From positions 1-64,000 of the forward strand of contig JBDRRP010000064.1 of NCBI GenBank assembly GCA_043825735.1: DNA of 64,000 bases, written 5' to 3'. Of this stretch, positions 28,472 through 37,767 are shown piece after piece. A program made the position numbers and the translations under genes. The stretch comes from Pseudomonadota bacterium. Lineage in GTDB: Bacteria > Desulfobacterota > Desulfobacteria > Desulfobacterales > JBDRRP01. The notes under the pieces are model-generated. The model made no database searches. It had not been told where the DNA came from and worked only from the letters and a program-made list of their open reading frames with translations. Each line of letters begins with the position of its first letter. The stretch's first letter is position 1.

Positions 28472-29470
28472 CTATACCACGATCTTCCAGCAGCGGTGGA
28501 TCGTCTTTCTTTTGTGGACGTAGTCTTCGGGGATGGTGCGCGACGTGATCTCTTCTACCGCCGTCACGCCGAGAAGATCAAGTCTCGGCAGAAAAGCCTG
28601 ATGGTTCGTGGAAAAGAAAACGATGCCGCCGGGCTGCATGACGGCCGTCACCGCTTCGAGAAGCGCGACGTGGCCGGTGAGAACGTCGAAGGCGTCGCCG
28701 CGGCTTTCGGTGGTGGAGTAGGACGGCGGGTCCACCACCGCCAGATCAAAGCGCCGGCCCTGCCGCCGGGCCCGCTCCAAAAAATCGTCGGTGTGAACCT
28801 TGATGAGCGTGTTGTTTTCAGCAGAAATTCCGTTCAAGACCATGTTTTCACGGGCCCAGACGATGGCTGTTTCAGAGCGGTCGACGGAGACGGTGGTACG
28901 CGCGCCGCCCAGGGCAGCATAGCAAGAAAAAGTGGCCGTGTAGCAGTAGAGATTGAGAAAATCCTTGCCGCCGACCATCTCCCGGATCATCTGCCGGGTA
29001 TCCCGATGATCGGAGAACAGCCCCGTATCCACATAGTCCCGCGGATTGACAAGAAACTTCAGGTCCCGCTCTGAAACGACGATCTTCTTGTCGGTATGAT
29101 CGATCCGCTCGTAGCGCTTGCCGCCCTGGCGGCCGGCGCGCCGCTCCTTGAGGTGGAGCATCGCCCCCGGCACGTCCAGGACCTCGGCAACGGCCGCGCC
29201 CATCATGGGCAACCATTCGGGCACCGACTGCCGCCGGGTGTACTCCCCCACCACCAGGTGCCCCGCATACCAGTCCACCACTGCGCGGATTTCAGGAATG
29301 TCCCAGTCGTAGAGACGGAAGACCTCGATGTGCTGCCGTGCGAAACGCTTGCTCAGATGCATGAAGCGTTTCTGCACCCGGTTGGCCAGCATTTTCGCCT
29401 GCCGCTCGAATTTTCTGGCTGTTTTGGCATCCAGCATGGTTGAAGGGACTCTTTGTTTAGGTTCCGTCAC
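28472..29470 (-). CDS. Class I SAM methyltransferase, stand-alone RlmK-like (C-terminal half of RlmKL)
   Basis: MLANR, RLYD.DIPE, DY.DTGLF.DHR, FLNLYCYT and DPPS. Start is 29470 or 29437. Confidence 0.8.
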   Translation of the reverse strand: MTEPKQRVPSTMLDAKTARKFERQAKMLANRVQKRFMHLSKRFARQHIEVFRLYDWDIPEIRAVVDWYAGHLVVGEYTRRQSVPEWLPMMGAAVAEVLDVPGAMLHLKERRAGRQGGKRYERIDHTDKKIVVSERDLKFLVNPRDYVDTGLFSDHRDTRQMIREMVGGKDFLNLYCYTATFSCYAALGGARTTVSVDRSETAIVWARENMVLNGISAENNTLIKVHTDDFLERARRQGRRFDLAVVDPPSYSTTESRGDAFDVLTGHVALLEAVTAVMQPGGIVFFSTNHQAFLPRLDLLGVTAVEEITSRTIPEDYVHKRKTIHRCWKIVV

Positions 29471-29562
29471 TGCACCGTGTTGCCATTACCGGAGATTGCG
29501 CGTCTTTGCAAACCCTGCGTCAAACGATCGTCGGAAGCCGTTGCAATCGGAAAAAATGGATA

Positions 29563-29640
29563 TCACCATGGAGAACACGGAGAAACGAAAAAACAGTCGA
29601 TTTCGAGTAAATAATCTCCATATCCTCCGTGACTCCGGGA
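29563..29640. repeat. Short decayed member of the CACGGAG/CGCAGAG repeat family
   Basis: CACCATGGAGAACACGGAG ... CTCCGTGACTCCGG; resembles 27186-27202 (CACCACGGAGAACACGG). Confidence 0.5.
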
Positions 29641-29745
29641 TTCATACTGCGGTTTGGTTTTCCCTGCGCCGGAGCGTCGCCTTGTCGGACGAAGCTCGCA
29701 GAGCGAATCCTGATACGCGATACCCGTTTTATTTAAATCGAGGCT

Positions 29746-31122
29746 TCAGCCCGACGCTGCGGCCATATTTCTGGCCGCGATCAGGCGGCGAATCTCTTCA
29801 TGGGTGTTACGGTCCAACTTATAGGCCAGGGCAATGAGTATGGCCAGAAAGCTGCATATGCTGGGCACCAGTGCGTAGGCCACACGGAGCGTCATGAGTA
29901 CCGTGTCGGACTGATTGGCATTGGGCTCATAGCCTGCAACGCCCAGGGCCCACAGCCCGCCGCCGAGACCGGCAGCGGCTGCGGCCTTTTTGGCCACCGA
30001 CCAGATGCCGACGTAGAGGCCTTCGCGGCGGCGGCCGGTTTGCCATTCATCGTAGTCGATGACATCGGCTTGTATGGCCGACGGGAGCGCCAATGACGCC
30101 CCGAATCCAAGCCCCGACAGACTCACCAGGAGACCGTAAAGGAATTCGTCTCCCGCCCCCAGGAAGAAAACACCGCTGAAAGCGCCGGTATTGAGCGCCA
30201 TTGAAACCAGCCAGACCCGCTTCCGGTCGAAGCGGCCGGCCGCCAGGGTCCACGCGGGCAACGCGATAATGCCGGTCACGAAATACAGCATGAGAAACAG
30301 ATCGGCCCGTTGGGACTGAAGCACGTGCTCGACATAGAAAAGAATCAACGTGGCCGGCAGGTTGCTGCCCACGGCGCTCACCGTATAGGCCGCCAGCAGA
30401 ACAATGAACGGACGGTTGGAAAGCACGGAGCGCAGGTCTATGCCGGCGGGTGCGTGAGGGGCTTTCCGCGGTGGCGGCGGCTCCCTGACGATCAGGGTGC
30501 ATCCGATGCAGGTTAGGATGAGCAGGGGCGCATACAGGACCGCCATCCCGGCAAAGACACTCCGCTGGCCGCTATCCATCCCGGCCGCATCCAGCAGAGT
30601 CGACACGATTCTCGGAGCGGCCGCGGCGGCCACGGTGCCGGCGATGAGAAGCCCGTCCCGGACGGCGAAGACCGCCGTCCGCTGCCGGTAGTCGAAGGTG
30701 ATCTCCGGGCCCAAAGATTCGTAGGGGACGGTGACAGTGGTCCAGAAGAAAAACAGCAGAAACATCCAGGTCCCGAACCACAGGGTTGCATTGGCGCCGG
30801 GATGCACCGGCGGCATGAACAAAAACGCCACCGCCAGCGCCACCAGCACCCCGCCGGCGGCGATGTAAGGTCGGCGGCGACCGAACGGCGAGCGGGTCCG
30901 GTCGGAAGCCATCCCCACAAGGGGATCGGTCACGGCATCAAAGAGCCGCACGGCCAGGAGTACGGCGCCGACAGCCGCCACGGGGACCCCCACCACATCG
31001 GTGTAAAACTTGGGGATGAACACATAAATGGGAATGCCGACCACGGCCAGCGCAAAGGCCGGTGCGCCGTAGGCCAGGCGGATTCGCCAGGGGACACCCA
31101 TCGCGTTCTCGGCCACCGTCAT
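29746..31122 (-). CDS. MFS transporter, GPH (MelB-like) family
   Basis: RLFDAVTDPLVG..SDRTRSPFGRRRPY and ADVIDYDE..TG.RREG.Y. Confidence 0.9.
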   Translation of the reverse strand: MTVAENAMGVPWRIRLAYGAPAFALAVVGIPIYVFIPKFYTDVVGVPVAAVGAVLLAVRLFDAVTDPLVGMASDRTRSPFGRRRPYIAAGGVLVALAVAFLFMPPVHPGANATLWFGTWMFLLFFFWTTVTVPYESLGPEITFDYRQRTAVFAVRDGLLIAGTVAAAAAPRIVSTLLDAAGMDSGQRSVFAGMAVLYAPLLILTCIGCTLIVREPPPPRKAPHAPAGIDLRSVLSNRPFIVLLAAYTVSAVGSNLPATLILFYVEHVLQSQRADLFLMLYFVTGIIALPAWTLAAGRFDRKRVWLVSMALNTGAFSGVFFLGAGDEFLYGLLVSLSGLGFGASLALPSAIQADVIDYDEWQTGRRREGLYVGIWSVAKKAAAAAGLGGGLWALGVAGYEPNANQSDTVLMTLRVAYALVPSICSFLAILIALAYKLDRNTHEEIRRLIAARNMAAASG

Positions 31123-31688
31123 GATCTCCCCAGGAGCGCGGCCTTGAAATCCTCATCGATGGGATTGGCGCCCAGCCAGATGGCAAAAACAGCGGCGGCA
31201 AAATCCGCGCCGAAAATACGCCCCAGAGAGGCACCGTTAAGGGTCAACTCGGTGCCCTCCCCCGGAACGTAGTTGAGTGCGTAGCGATCACCGGGCCGGA
31301 CGTCACGGTACATCGCCCCGAACCGGTCCAGACGATCCGCCAGCCGGGCGTAGACGGCCGCATCCACGTTGTCAGCCACCTTCTTCCGTGTGGCCTTGTC
31401 TAAATCCTCGGCCTTGATGGCACGATAGTAAGATAGTTCAAGCCGGCAGGGGACCGGGCTGCCGCCCTCCCAGGAAGGGGACTCCGGCGGCAGATAAAAT
31501 GCCCCCGCGTAGGCCCTGAACACCGCCAGGTAGCGAAGCACCGCCGCACCTTTCAGTTTCAGGGCGGTGTTTGAAATGGTCATGTTCTCAGGGAAGACAA
31601 CGTCTCCCACGGTAACCGTACCGGCCGCGCCGGCCGGTACGGTTACCAGAATCAGCATCACGATGATGGATCTGTTGAGTATATTCAT
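31119..31688 (-). CDS. Chalcone-isomerase-like protein (exported)
   Basis: Signal peptide, LKG...RY..VFRAYAGA.Y, DV.PGDRY and F.IWLG..P.D...K..LLG. Confidence 0.85.
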   Translation of the reverse strand: MNILNRSIIVMLILVTVPAGAAGTVTVGDVVFPENMTISNTALKLKGAAVLRYLAVFRAYAGAFYLPPESPSWEGGSPVPCRLELSYYRAIKAEDLDKATRKKVADNVDAAVYARLADRLDRFGAMYRDVRPGDRYALNYVPGEGTELTLNGASLGRIFGADFAAAVFAIWLGANPIDEDFKAALLGRS

Positions 31689-31768
31689 ATCGATGACTCC
31701 CGAACCGTGTTGACACGCTGAGCCGCAAGCATCAACGTAAGGGGTAAACCGTGAAAGGAAAGCGCGCC

Positions 31769-33175
31769 ATGTGGCACACCGCTGAAATGATTTCCGTACA
31801 CTGCGGGCAGTCGGCCGTTTTCGACTACCTCGCGGATATGACCAACATTGTGGCCTGGGACCCCAGCGTCGCCTCGTCGAGACGACTTACCCATGGCCCC
31901 TTGGCCGTAGGCAGCCGATTTCACCTGATTGTCGCCTTCGGCCCCCGCCAGGTCCCCATGGACTATGAGGTCGCCGAAATGGCCTCCCCCGATCGGCTGG
32001 TCCTCATAGGCAGAGGAGCGGGATTCACCGCCACAGACGACATTACCCTGACCACGGCCCAGGATATCACCCGCATCGACTACCGGGTCACCCTGACCTT
32101 CGACACCGCCCCCCCCGCGCCGGCGGCCGGCATCATGCGGCAGCTCTTTTTGAGAAGCGTCCGACGGGCGGCCCGCCGATTGGCCGCGGTGTTCAACGGC
32201 ACCGAGCCGCTGCCCCGGGTGACCTTGCCGGTCTTCACCGCCGATCATGCCATCGTGCCGGGCCTTGCAGGCTTTACCCGATGGGGCTACCACTGGGCGC
32301 GCCACCACCGACCGTTTGCCGCCGCCCTGCTTGAAAACCGCACCATTGTCCTCACCGGCGCCACGGGGGGCATCGGCCTTGCCGCGGCCCAAACGCTCCA
32401 CCGGCTGGGGGCAAACCTGATCCTGGTGGGACGCAACCGTGAGAAGACCGAAACCACCCGGGAGACCCTGCTCAAGGACGGCGGCGCAGGGTTCATCCAT
32501 TGCGAGATCGCCGACATGAGCCTTATGGCCGATGTCCAGCGGCTGGCGCAACGGCTTCTCGATGGCGGTCGCCCCATCCAGGTACTGGTCAACAACGCCG
32601 GGGCCCTTTTCAATGCGCGGGAGGAGACGGCCGAAGGGGTCGAAAAAAGTTTCGCCGTCAATCTGCTGGGGCCGTATTTCCTCAGCCGTCTTCTTCTGCC
32701 AAGGCTCAGGGAAAACCGTCCGGCGCGCATCATCAATGTCGCCTCCGGCGGGATGTACACCCAGAAGCTTGCCGTAGATGACCTGGATTCGGTACAGACG
32801 CAATACGCGGGGCCCGATGCCTATGCCAGGGCCAAACGGGGATTGGTGGTGGCCGGGCGCCTGATGGCAAAGGCCCTTTGGAAAGACGGTGTCTGCATCC
32901 ACGCCATGCACCCGGGCTGGGTGGACACGCCGGGGCTGCGCACGGCGCTGCCTGGTTTTTATAACCGTCTGCGCCCGTGGCTGCGATCGCCGTCTGAAGG
33001 TGCTGACACCATTGTCTGGCTGTGTGGTGCTGCTGAAGGCGAATTGACCTCCGGTTTTTTCTGGCGGGACCGCCGCCCCCGCGTGGCATACGTATTCCCC
33101 GGCACCCGGGAGACGCCGTCAGACGCCGGCCTTCTGATGGCCGCGCTGAAGCGGCGTCTCGACACCGTTTTGTGA
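31769..33175 (+). CDS. SRPBCC (START-like)-SDR fusion, DHRS12-like dehydrogenase
   Basis: N-terminal VFDYLADM....WDP, then TGATGGIG, NNAG, SGGMY, YARAK and MHPGWVDTPG. Confidence 0.88.
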   Translation: MWHTAEMISVHCGQSAVFDYLADMTNIVAWDPSVASSRRLTHGPLAVGSRFHLIVAFGPRQVPMDYEVAEMASPDRLVLIGRGAGFTATDDITLTTAQDITRIDYRVTLTFDTAPPAPAAGIMRQLFLRSVRRAARRLAAVFNGTEPLPRVTLPVFTADHAIVPGLAGFTRWGYHWARHHRPFAAALLENRTIVLTGATGGIGLAAAQTLHRLGANLILVGRNREKTETTRETLLKDGGAGFIHCEIADMSLMADVQRLAQRLLDGGRPIQVLVNNAGALFNAREETAEGVEKSFAVNLLGPYFLSRLLLPRLRENRPARIINVASGGMYTQKLAVDDLDSVQTQYAGPDAYARAKRGLVVAGRLMAKALWKDGVCIHAMHPGWVDTPGLRTALPGFYNRLRPWLRSPSEGADTIVWLCGAAEGELTSGFFWRDRRPRVAYVFPGTRETPSDAGLLMAALKRRLDTVL

Positions 33176-35203
33176 CTGCACCCCGGGCTTGGCCGCTGCG
33201 CCGGCAGGGTCCTCATCAAATTGGCTCAGCGCCGAATTCCCCTCCCGGGTCAGCACCAGCTGGACATCTCCCAGGACCCGCTCTCTGAACCCCGCTTCAC
33301 AGCTGGCCAGATAGTAAAGCCATTTGCGCTGGAACACCCGGTCGAATCCCATGGCCGCCACCCGGTCCAGACGGGCGAGAAACCGCCGCCGCCAGTGCTT
33401 CAACGTCTCCGCGTAATGATCGCCGATGTTTTCCACATGCTCCACCATGAGTTGGGAATGGCGCGTCATGGCCGAAGCGAGCACCGTCAGCGAGGGGAGC
33501 AGCCCTCCGGGGAAGATGTGCTTCCGAATCCAGTCGCTTTCCTTGCGGTAGCGCTCGTAGCGCTGATCGGGGATGGTGATGGTCTGGATCACGGCGACGC
33601 CTTCCGGCTTGAGCAGCGCCTCCAGACGCTCGAAATACCGGCCGTAGTATTCATGGCCGACTGCCTCAAGCATCTCGACGGACACGATCTTGTCGTATCG
33701 GCCGGCCACCCGGCGGTAATCCGTCAGCTGGATGTCGATGCGATGCTCAAGCCCTGCCGCACGCACCCCCTCACGGGCAAGCACGTACTGCTCCTTTGAG
33801 ACCGTGATGCCGGTCACCCGGCACCCGGTCTTGCGCACGGCAGCCATGGCAAATCCGCCCCACCCGCAACCGATTTCCAGTACATGGTCGTCCTCGGTGA
33901 TCCGGGCCTTGTCGATGATGCGGTCAAACTTGGCCCGCTGGGCCGTCTCCAGATCGTCTTCGGGGCGGTTGAAGACGGCGGCAGAATAAGCCATGGTCGG
34001 GTCGAGAAAAAGCTTGAAGAAATCATTTGACAGATCGTAGTGACGGCGGATGTTTTTGCGACTGCCCAGCAGCGTGTTCCGCTGGATCCGATGGCGGATT
34101 GTCTCCAGGAGTCGGCTGGCCACCGCCGTTGAGAACCGCCCGTCCTGAACATGATCCCTGTTTTGGATGAAAAACCGCACCACCCCCACCACATCGTTGC
34201 TGTCCCAGTCGCCATTCATAAAGGATTCACCGAATCCGATGTCGCCGCCCAACACCACCCTGCTGAAAAACCGGTAATCATTGATGCGCAGATCCGCCGG
34301 GGCCACGGCGCCCGGTTCGCCGAACAGCCGAAGCGTGCCGTCGGGCAGCTGCAGTTCGAGGGCGCCGCGATCGCTGCGCGCCAGAAAATCCATCACCATG
34401 GCCATTGACCGTTTCTGGATAAAGGTCGGTGGATTGCGCCGCAACGTCATCGCGTCGCCGGGCACCGGTTTGTCGTAGTAAAATAGTTTCTTTTCGAAAT
34501 GCAGCTTGAATGCTTCCTTGTAGATGCGGGGAACGGTCAAATAGGGGAGCACCGGGTGGGCGACAATGGTCTTGAGCTGCTGCCACGCGGTGAGTGGCCT
34601 TTTCTCCCCTTTGAGCCGCGCTTCGAGTATGGGCCTGCCGTCACGCTCTAATTTGATCCCGATGTCGAGCGTCTCACGGATGTCATTGAAGACAAACCGG
34701 TAGACGCCATCAACGGTGTTGAAGGGGGAGACATGGAATTTCTTCTCTGTGGTGAACTTTATGGGAAAGGTCTGCCCCTCCGAGTTTTCCACCGGAAGCA
34801 CATAGGCATGCCGTTCACCGAAGGTGTTGTTGACCTCGGCCACCATGACGAGCGGTGCACCCTCGGCATCGAAGCAGAAGTAGAAGCTCACCGGGTTGAA
34901 GATATAGCCCATGTAACGCGGCGCCGTCACCAGGATAGCCCTTTGGACGGTGTCAGGGGCCACGTGGGGGGCGAGCAGGCGGTCGAGCTTGCGCCGCAGG
35001 GGCGCACGGCCCCGGGCCAGGTAGTCCGCGTCACGGATGGATACCGGCCGCCACCGATTGTACCCGAAGAGCGGCAGGCGTCGATCCAGCAGTGGCAGAT
35101 CGTCCAGATCGATGGCATAGACATAAATCCCGTAGTTCAATTGGTGATCCACCGGGTGAAAACGGGTATGCTCGACAATCCCTTCGTAGAGTAGACTATT
35201 CAT
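33119..35203 (-). CDS. Fusion of DUF1365 (UfaO-like) and cyclopropane-fatty-acyl-phospholipid synthase-type methyltransferase (UfaM/Cfa-like)
   Basis: N-half H.RF.P..H, GY.FNPVSFY, EVNNTFGERH.Y and K.FHVSPF. C-half NI..HYDLSNDFF, LEIGCGWG, VSVEMLEAVG and IFPGG. Start 35203 overlaps the upstream stop. Confidence 0.9.
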   Translation of the reverse strand: MNSLLYEGIVEHTRFHPVDHQLNYGIYVYAIDLDDLPLLDRRLPLFGYNRWRPVSIRDADYLARGRAPLRRKLDRLLAPHVAPDTVQRAILVTAPRYMGYIFNPVSFYFCFDAEGAPLVMVAEVNNTFGERHAYVLPVENSEGQTFPIKFTTEKKFHVSPFNTVDGVYRFVFNDIRETLDIGIKLERDGRPILEARLKGEKRPLTAWQQLKTIVAHPVLPYLTVPRIYKEAFKLHFEKKLFYYDKPVPGDAMTLRRNPPTFIQKRSMAMVMDFLARSDRGALELQLPDGTLRLFGEPGAVAPADLRINDYRFFSRVVLGGDIGFGESFMNGDWDSNDVVGVVRFFIQNRDHVQDGRFSTAVASRLLETIRHRIQRNTLLGSRKNIRRHYDLSNDFFKLFLDPTMAYSAAVFNRPEDDLETAQRAKFDRIIDKARITEDDHVLEIGCGWGGFAMAAVRKTGCRVTGITVSKEQYVLAREGVRAAGLEHRIDIQLTDYRRVAGRYDKIVSVEMLEAVGHEYYGRYFERLEALLKPEGVAVIQTITIPDQRYERYRKESDWIRKHIFPGGLLPSLTVLASAMTRHSQLMVEHVENIGDHYAETLKHWRRRFLARLDRVAAMGFDRVFQRKWLYYLASCEAGFRERVLGDVQLVLTREGNSALSQFDEDPAGAAAKPGVQSQNGVETPLQRGHQKAGV

Positions 35204-36468
35204 AGCGTCGCTCCAAAGTCGGCCGCCACCGCCGCACCGGCGGTGACCGCATCTTCGTGAAACCCATAGTTGAAATAGCTGCCGCAAAAGTGGGTGTGAC
35301 GCGCGCCGTTGAGTACGGGCAGGTGGGTCTGGGTGACCATGCTGGAAAAGGTAAATACCGGATGCGTATAGACCAGACGCCGGATCACATGGGCAGGGTC
35401 AATGTCTTCCGGGGGGTTCAATGTAACGAAATACTGCCGGCGCGTCTTAAGACGCTGCAGTCGGTTCATGTGGTAGGTCAACACCACCGGGTCACTGCTT
35501 GCGCCTGGTTTTCGGAGGTAGTTCCAGGAAGCCCAGGCGCGCGGGTTGCTGGGCATCCAGGCGGCGTCCGTGTGCACGACCACCTGGTTGCGGCTGTATT
35601 GCCAGGGGCCCAGCCACCGGCGCTCTTCGGTGGACGGATCGGCCAGCAGGGCCAGGGCTTCATCGGCATGGGTGGCTATCACCACATGATCGTGGCGCCG
35701 ACGGGTTCCGTCGGAGAGCGTGACCGTGGCCCCCTCGGCATCCCTCGAAATGGCTTTAATGGGCGATGAGGTGTGGATCTCGCCGCCAAAACCGCGGCAA
35801 AACGCATCGACGTAGGCGCTGCTGCCCCCCTCGACCACATACCACTGGGGCTGGTCGCGGATGGTCAACAGCCCGTGGTTATTGAAAAACCGAGCAAATG
35901 TCTGCATGGGGAAATCGCCGGCAGTGTCGTGGGGCGCCGACCAGATGGCCGAGACCATGGGCAGCACGTAGCGCTGCCGGAAGGCGTCCCCGAACCGGTA
36001 TTGCTGCAAAAATGCGCCCAATGTGCGATCCCCCAGGAGGCCGTCTTGCATCTGCCGGCGCACCAAACGATTGAAACGCAGGATATCGCCGATCATCCGG
36101 AGGTGGGCGGTATTGAGCAGGTTGCGCCGCTGGGCGAACAGACCATCGAGGTTTCGGCTGGCATACTGGTATCCGCTGCGTTCGTCAAAATAGCTGAAAG
36201 ACATGTCGCTTTTGAGGGCGGTGGCGCCCAGGCGCCCCAGCAGCTTTTGGAAATTGGGGTAGGTGCGATCGTTGAACACGATAAACCCCGTGTCCACGGC
36301 AGTCCCGGCATCCGGTCCGTTCGGAATGGCGATGGTGTGGGTGTGCCCCCCCACGTAGTCATTCTTCTCATACAGCGTCACCCGATGCCCCGGGTCCAGA
36401 AGGTGCGCTACGGTGATTCCCGACACGCCCCCACCGACCACTGCAATGCGCTTTTCTCGTACCGACAT
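35200..36468 (-). CDS. FAD-dependent oxidoreductase COG2907 (UfaD-like fatty-acid desaturase)
   Basis: GGGVSG, GGH.HT, VDTGFIVFN..TYP, AWASWNY, Y.HP and CGSYF.YGFHED. Confidence 0.88.
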   Translation of the reverse strand: MSVREKRIAVVGGGVSGITVAHLLDPGHRVTLYEKNDYVGGHTHTIAIPNGPDAGTAVDTGFIVFNDRTYPNFQKLLGRLGATALKSDMSFSYFDERSGYQYASRNLDGLFAQRRNLLNTAHLRMIGDILRFNRLVRRQMQDGLLGDRTLGAFLQQYRFGDAFRQRYVLPMVSAIWSAPHDTAGDFPMQTFARFFNNHGLLTIRDQPQWYVVEGGSSAYVDAFCRGFGGEIHTSSPIKAISRDAEGATVTLSDGTRRRHDHVVIATHADEALALLADPSTEERRWLGPWQYSRNQVVVHTDAAWMPSNPRAWASWNYLRKPGASSDPVVLTYHMNRLQRLKTRRQYFVTLNPPEDIDPAHVIRRLVYTHPVFTFSSMVTQTHLPVLNGARHTHFCGSYFNYGFHEDAVTAGAAVAADFGATL

Positions 36469-36864
36469 GTTTCCACCTGTTGGGAGTCCTGAAATGACGT
36501 TTGCGCGGGCGCTGGAGGACGCGACTGTTCCAGCAACAACCCGATGGACAAAAATAGGGGCGGGAGCCCAAGATACAACGAGGTATAAATGAGGTTATAG
36601 TAAGGGCAATATACTATTATTTTTGGCCATATTGTCACCTGAATCATACTGATCGGCCATTGGAAAGCGCTGTATCAGCAGTGGGCGCTGGTCACGAAAG
36701 ACGGCTCCCGGACAACGAAAGAATTTTGTAGATGATCCGGGCCGTATCTTGTCGCTCAAGGGGGGATGCGCTTGGGAGTGATTACTTACAAAGATAGCAC
36801 GCGTGCAGAAAAATGCAACCAGGCAGGAAGCTTGCAACCGGCATCCGCCTTGCGGACACGCGTC

Positions 36865-37767
36865 TCAGGCGCCAAGGGCGCCCGGATACCTGGAAAACGG
36901 ATAGCCGCTGCGACTTTGCTCCATGCCGTCAACGATCTGGGAAAACACGGCGAACGGAATGCCGATTCCCATAAGATCGCCCCCGTAGCGGGCAACGAGG
37001 CGAGCCCCCAGGCAATAGGGGGACACGTTTATATCGCCGGTGAGATAGGGCCGGGCGATGAGATCGGAATCCACCGCGCGGACCGGATGCATCACGGCAT
37101 GAACCGATTTGCCGGTAAGATACTGGTAACCCTGAAGGATTCGGGAGAGCACTACCGGCCGTACCGCCAGGACCACCACATCCGGCGCGAGGGGAACCGC
37201 CGTGAATCCCACCGGTGTAAACAGCACAGCCGCCATCACCGCCGGCTGGATCGCCGCCATACCGGCGATGGCCTTGCGGGCAACCGCCGGAGTGGCAAAG
37301 CGGCCGCTGTCACCCGGCCCAAACAGACCGAACTCGGGGCGGCCGGCTTGGTGGCAGGCGTAGACTTGGCCGTCGGTGAACTGTCGAGGGGATGGGGGCG
37401 TGAAATCCGGGTGCGCCGCCTGCCGGCGCATCATCTCCGTGTAATGCCGCGGTGGCGCGGCAGGGCGAGGGTCATCCTGATCCAACAGACCCAAACTGAT
37501 GCCTGCGGCGATGCAGCCGATGGTCTCTGAGGTGAGCAGCACCGGCTCGCCCCCGGCGGCGTGCCGAACCGCCTGGCAGCACATCACCGTCTCCGAGTCA
37601 GGGGTGAATTGTAACAGGCCCCGAGGCGGAGGGGTGTCCTTTTTGAAAAACGTCACCACCGTGGCGGGAATATCGCCAAGGGGCGCATCAAAGGCGGTCT
37701 GCAAACGACGGTAAAGCCGCTCTGCCGGCGCGGCCCCCGCATCAAGCGGCGGCACGGTGCACTTCAC
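36865..37767 (-). CDS. DUF169-like protein
   Basis: MCCQAV..A..G, GC.AAG..LG, PDVVV and N.S.YCLGAR. The GTG start overlaps the upstream gene by 26 bp. Confidence 0.75.
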   Translation of the reverse strand: MKCTVPPLDAGAAPAERLYRRLQTAFDAPLGDIPATVVTFFKKDTPPPRGLLQFTPDSETVMCCQAVRHAAGGEPVLLTSETIGCIAAGISLGLLDQDDPRPAAPPRHYTEMMRRQAAHPDFTPPSPRQFTDGQVYACHQAGRPEFGLFGPGDSGRFATPAVARKAIAGMAAIQPAVMAAVLFTPVGFTAVPLAPDVVVLAVRPVVLSRILQGYQYLTGKSVHAVMHPVRAVDSDLIARPYLTGDINVSPYCLGARLVARYGGDLMGIGIPFAVFSQIVDGMEQSRSGYPFSRYPGALGA

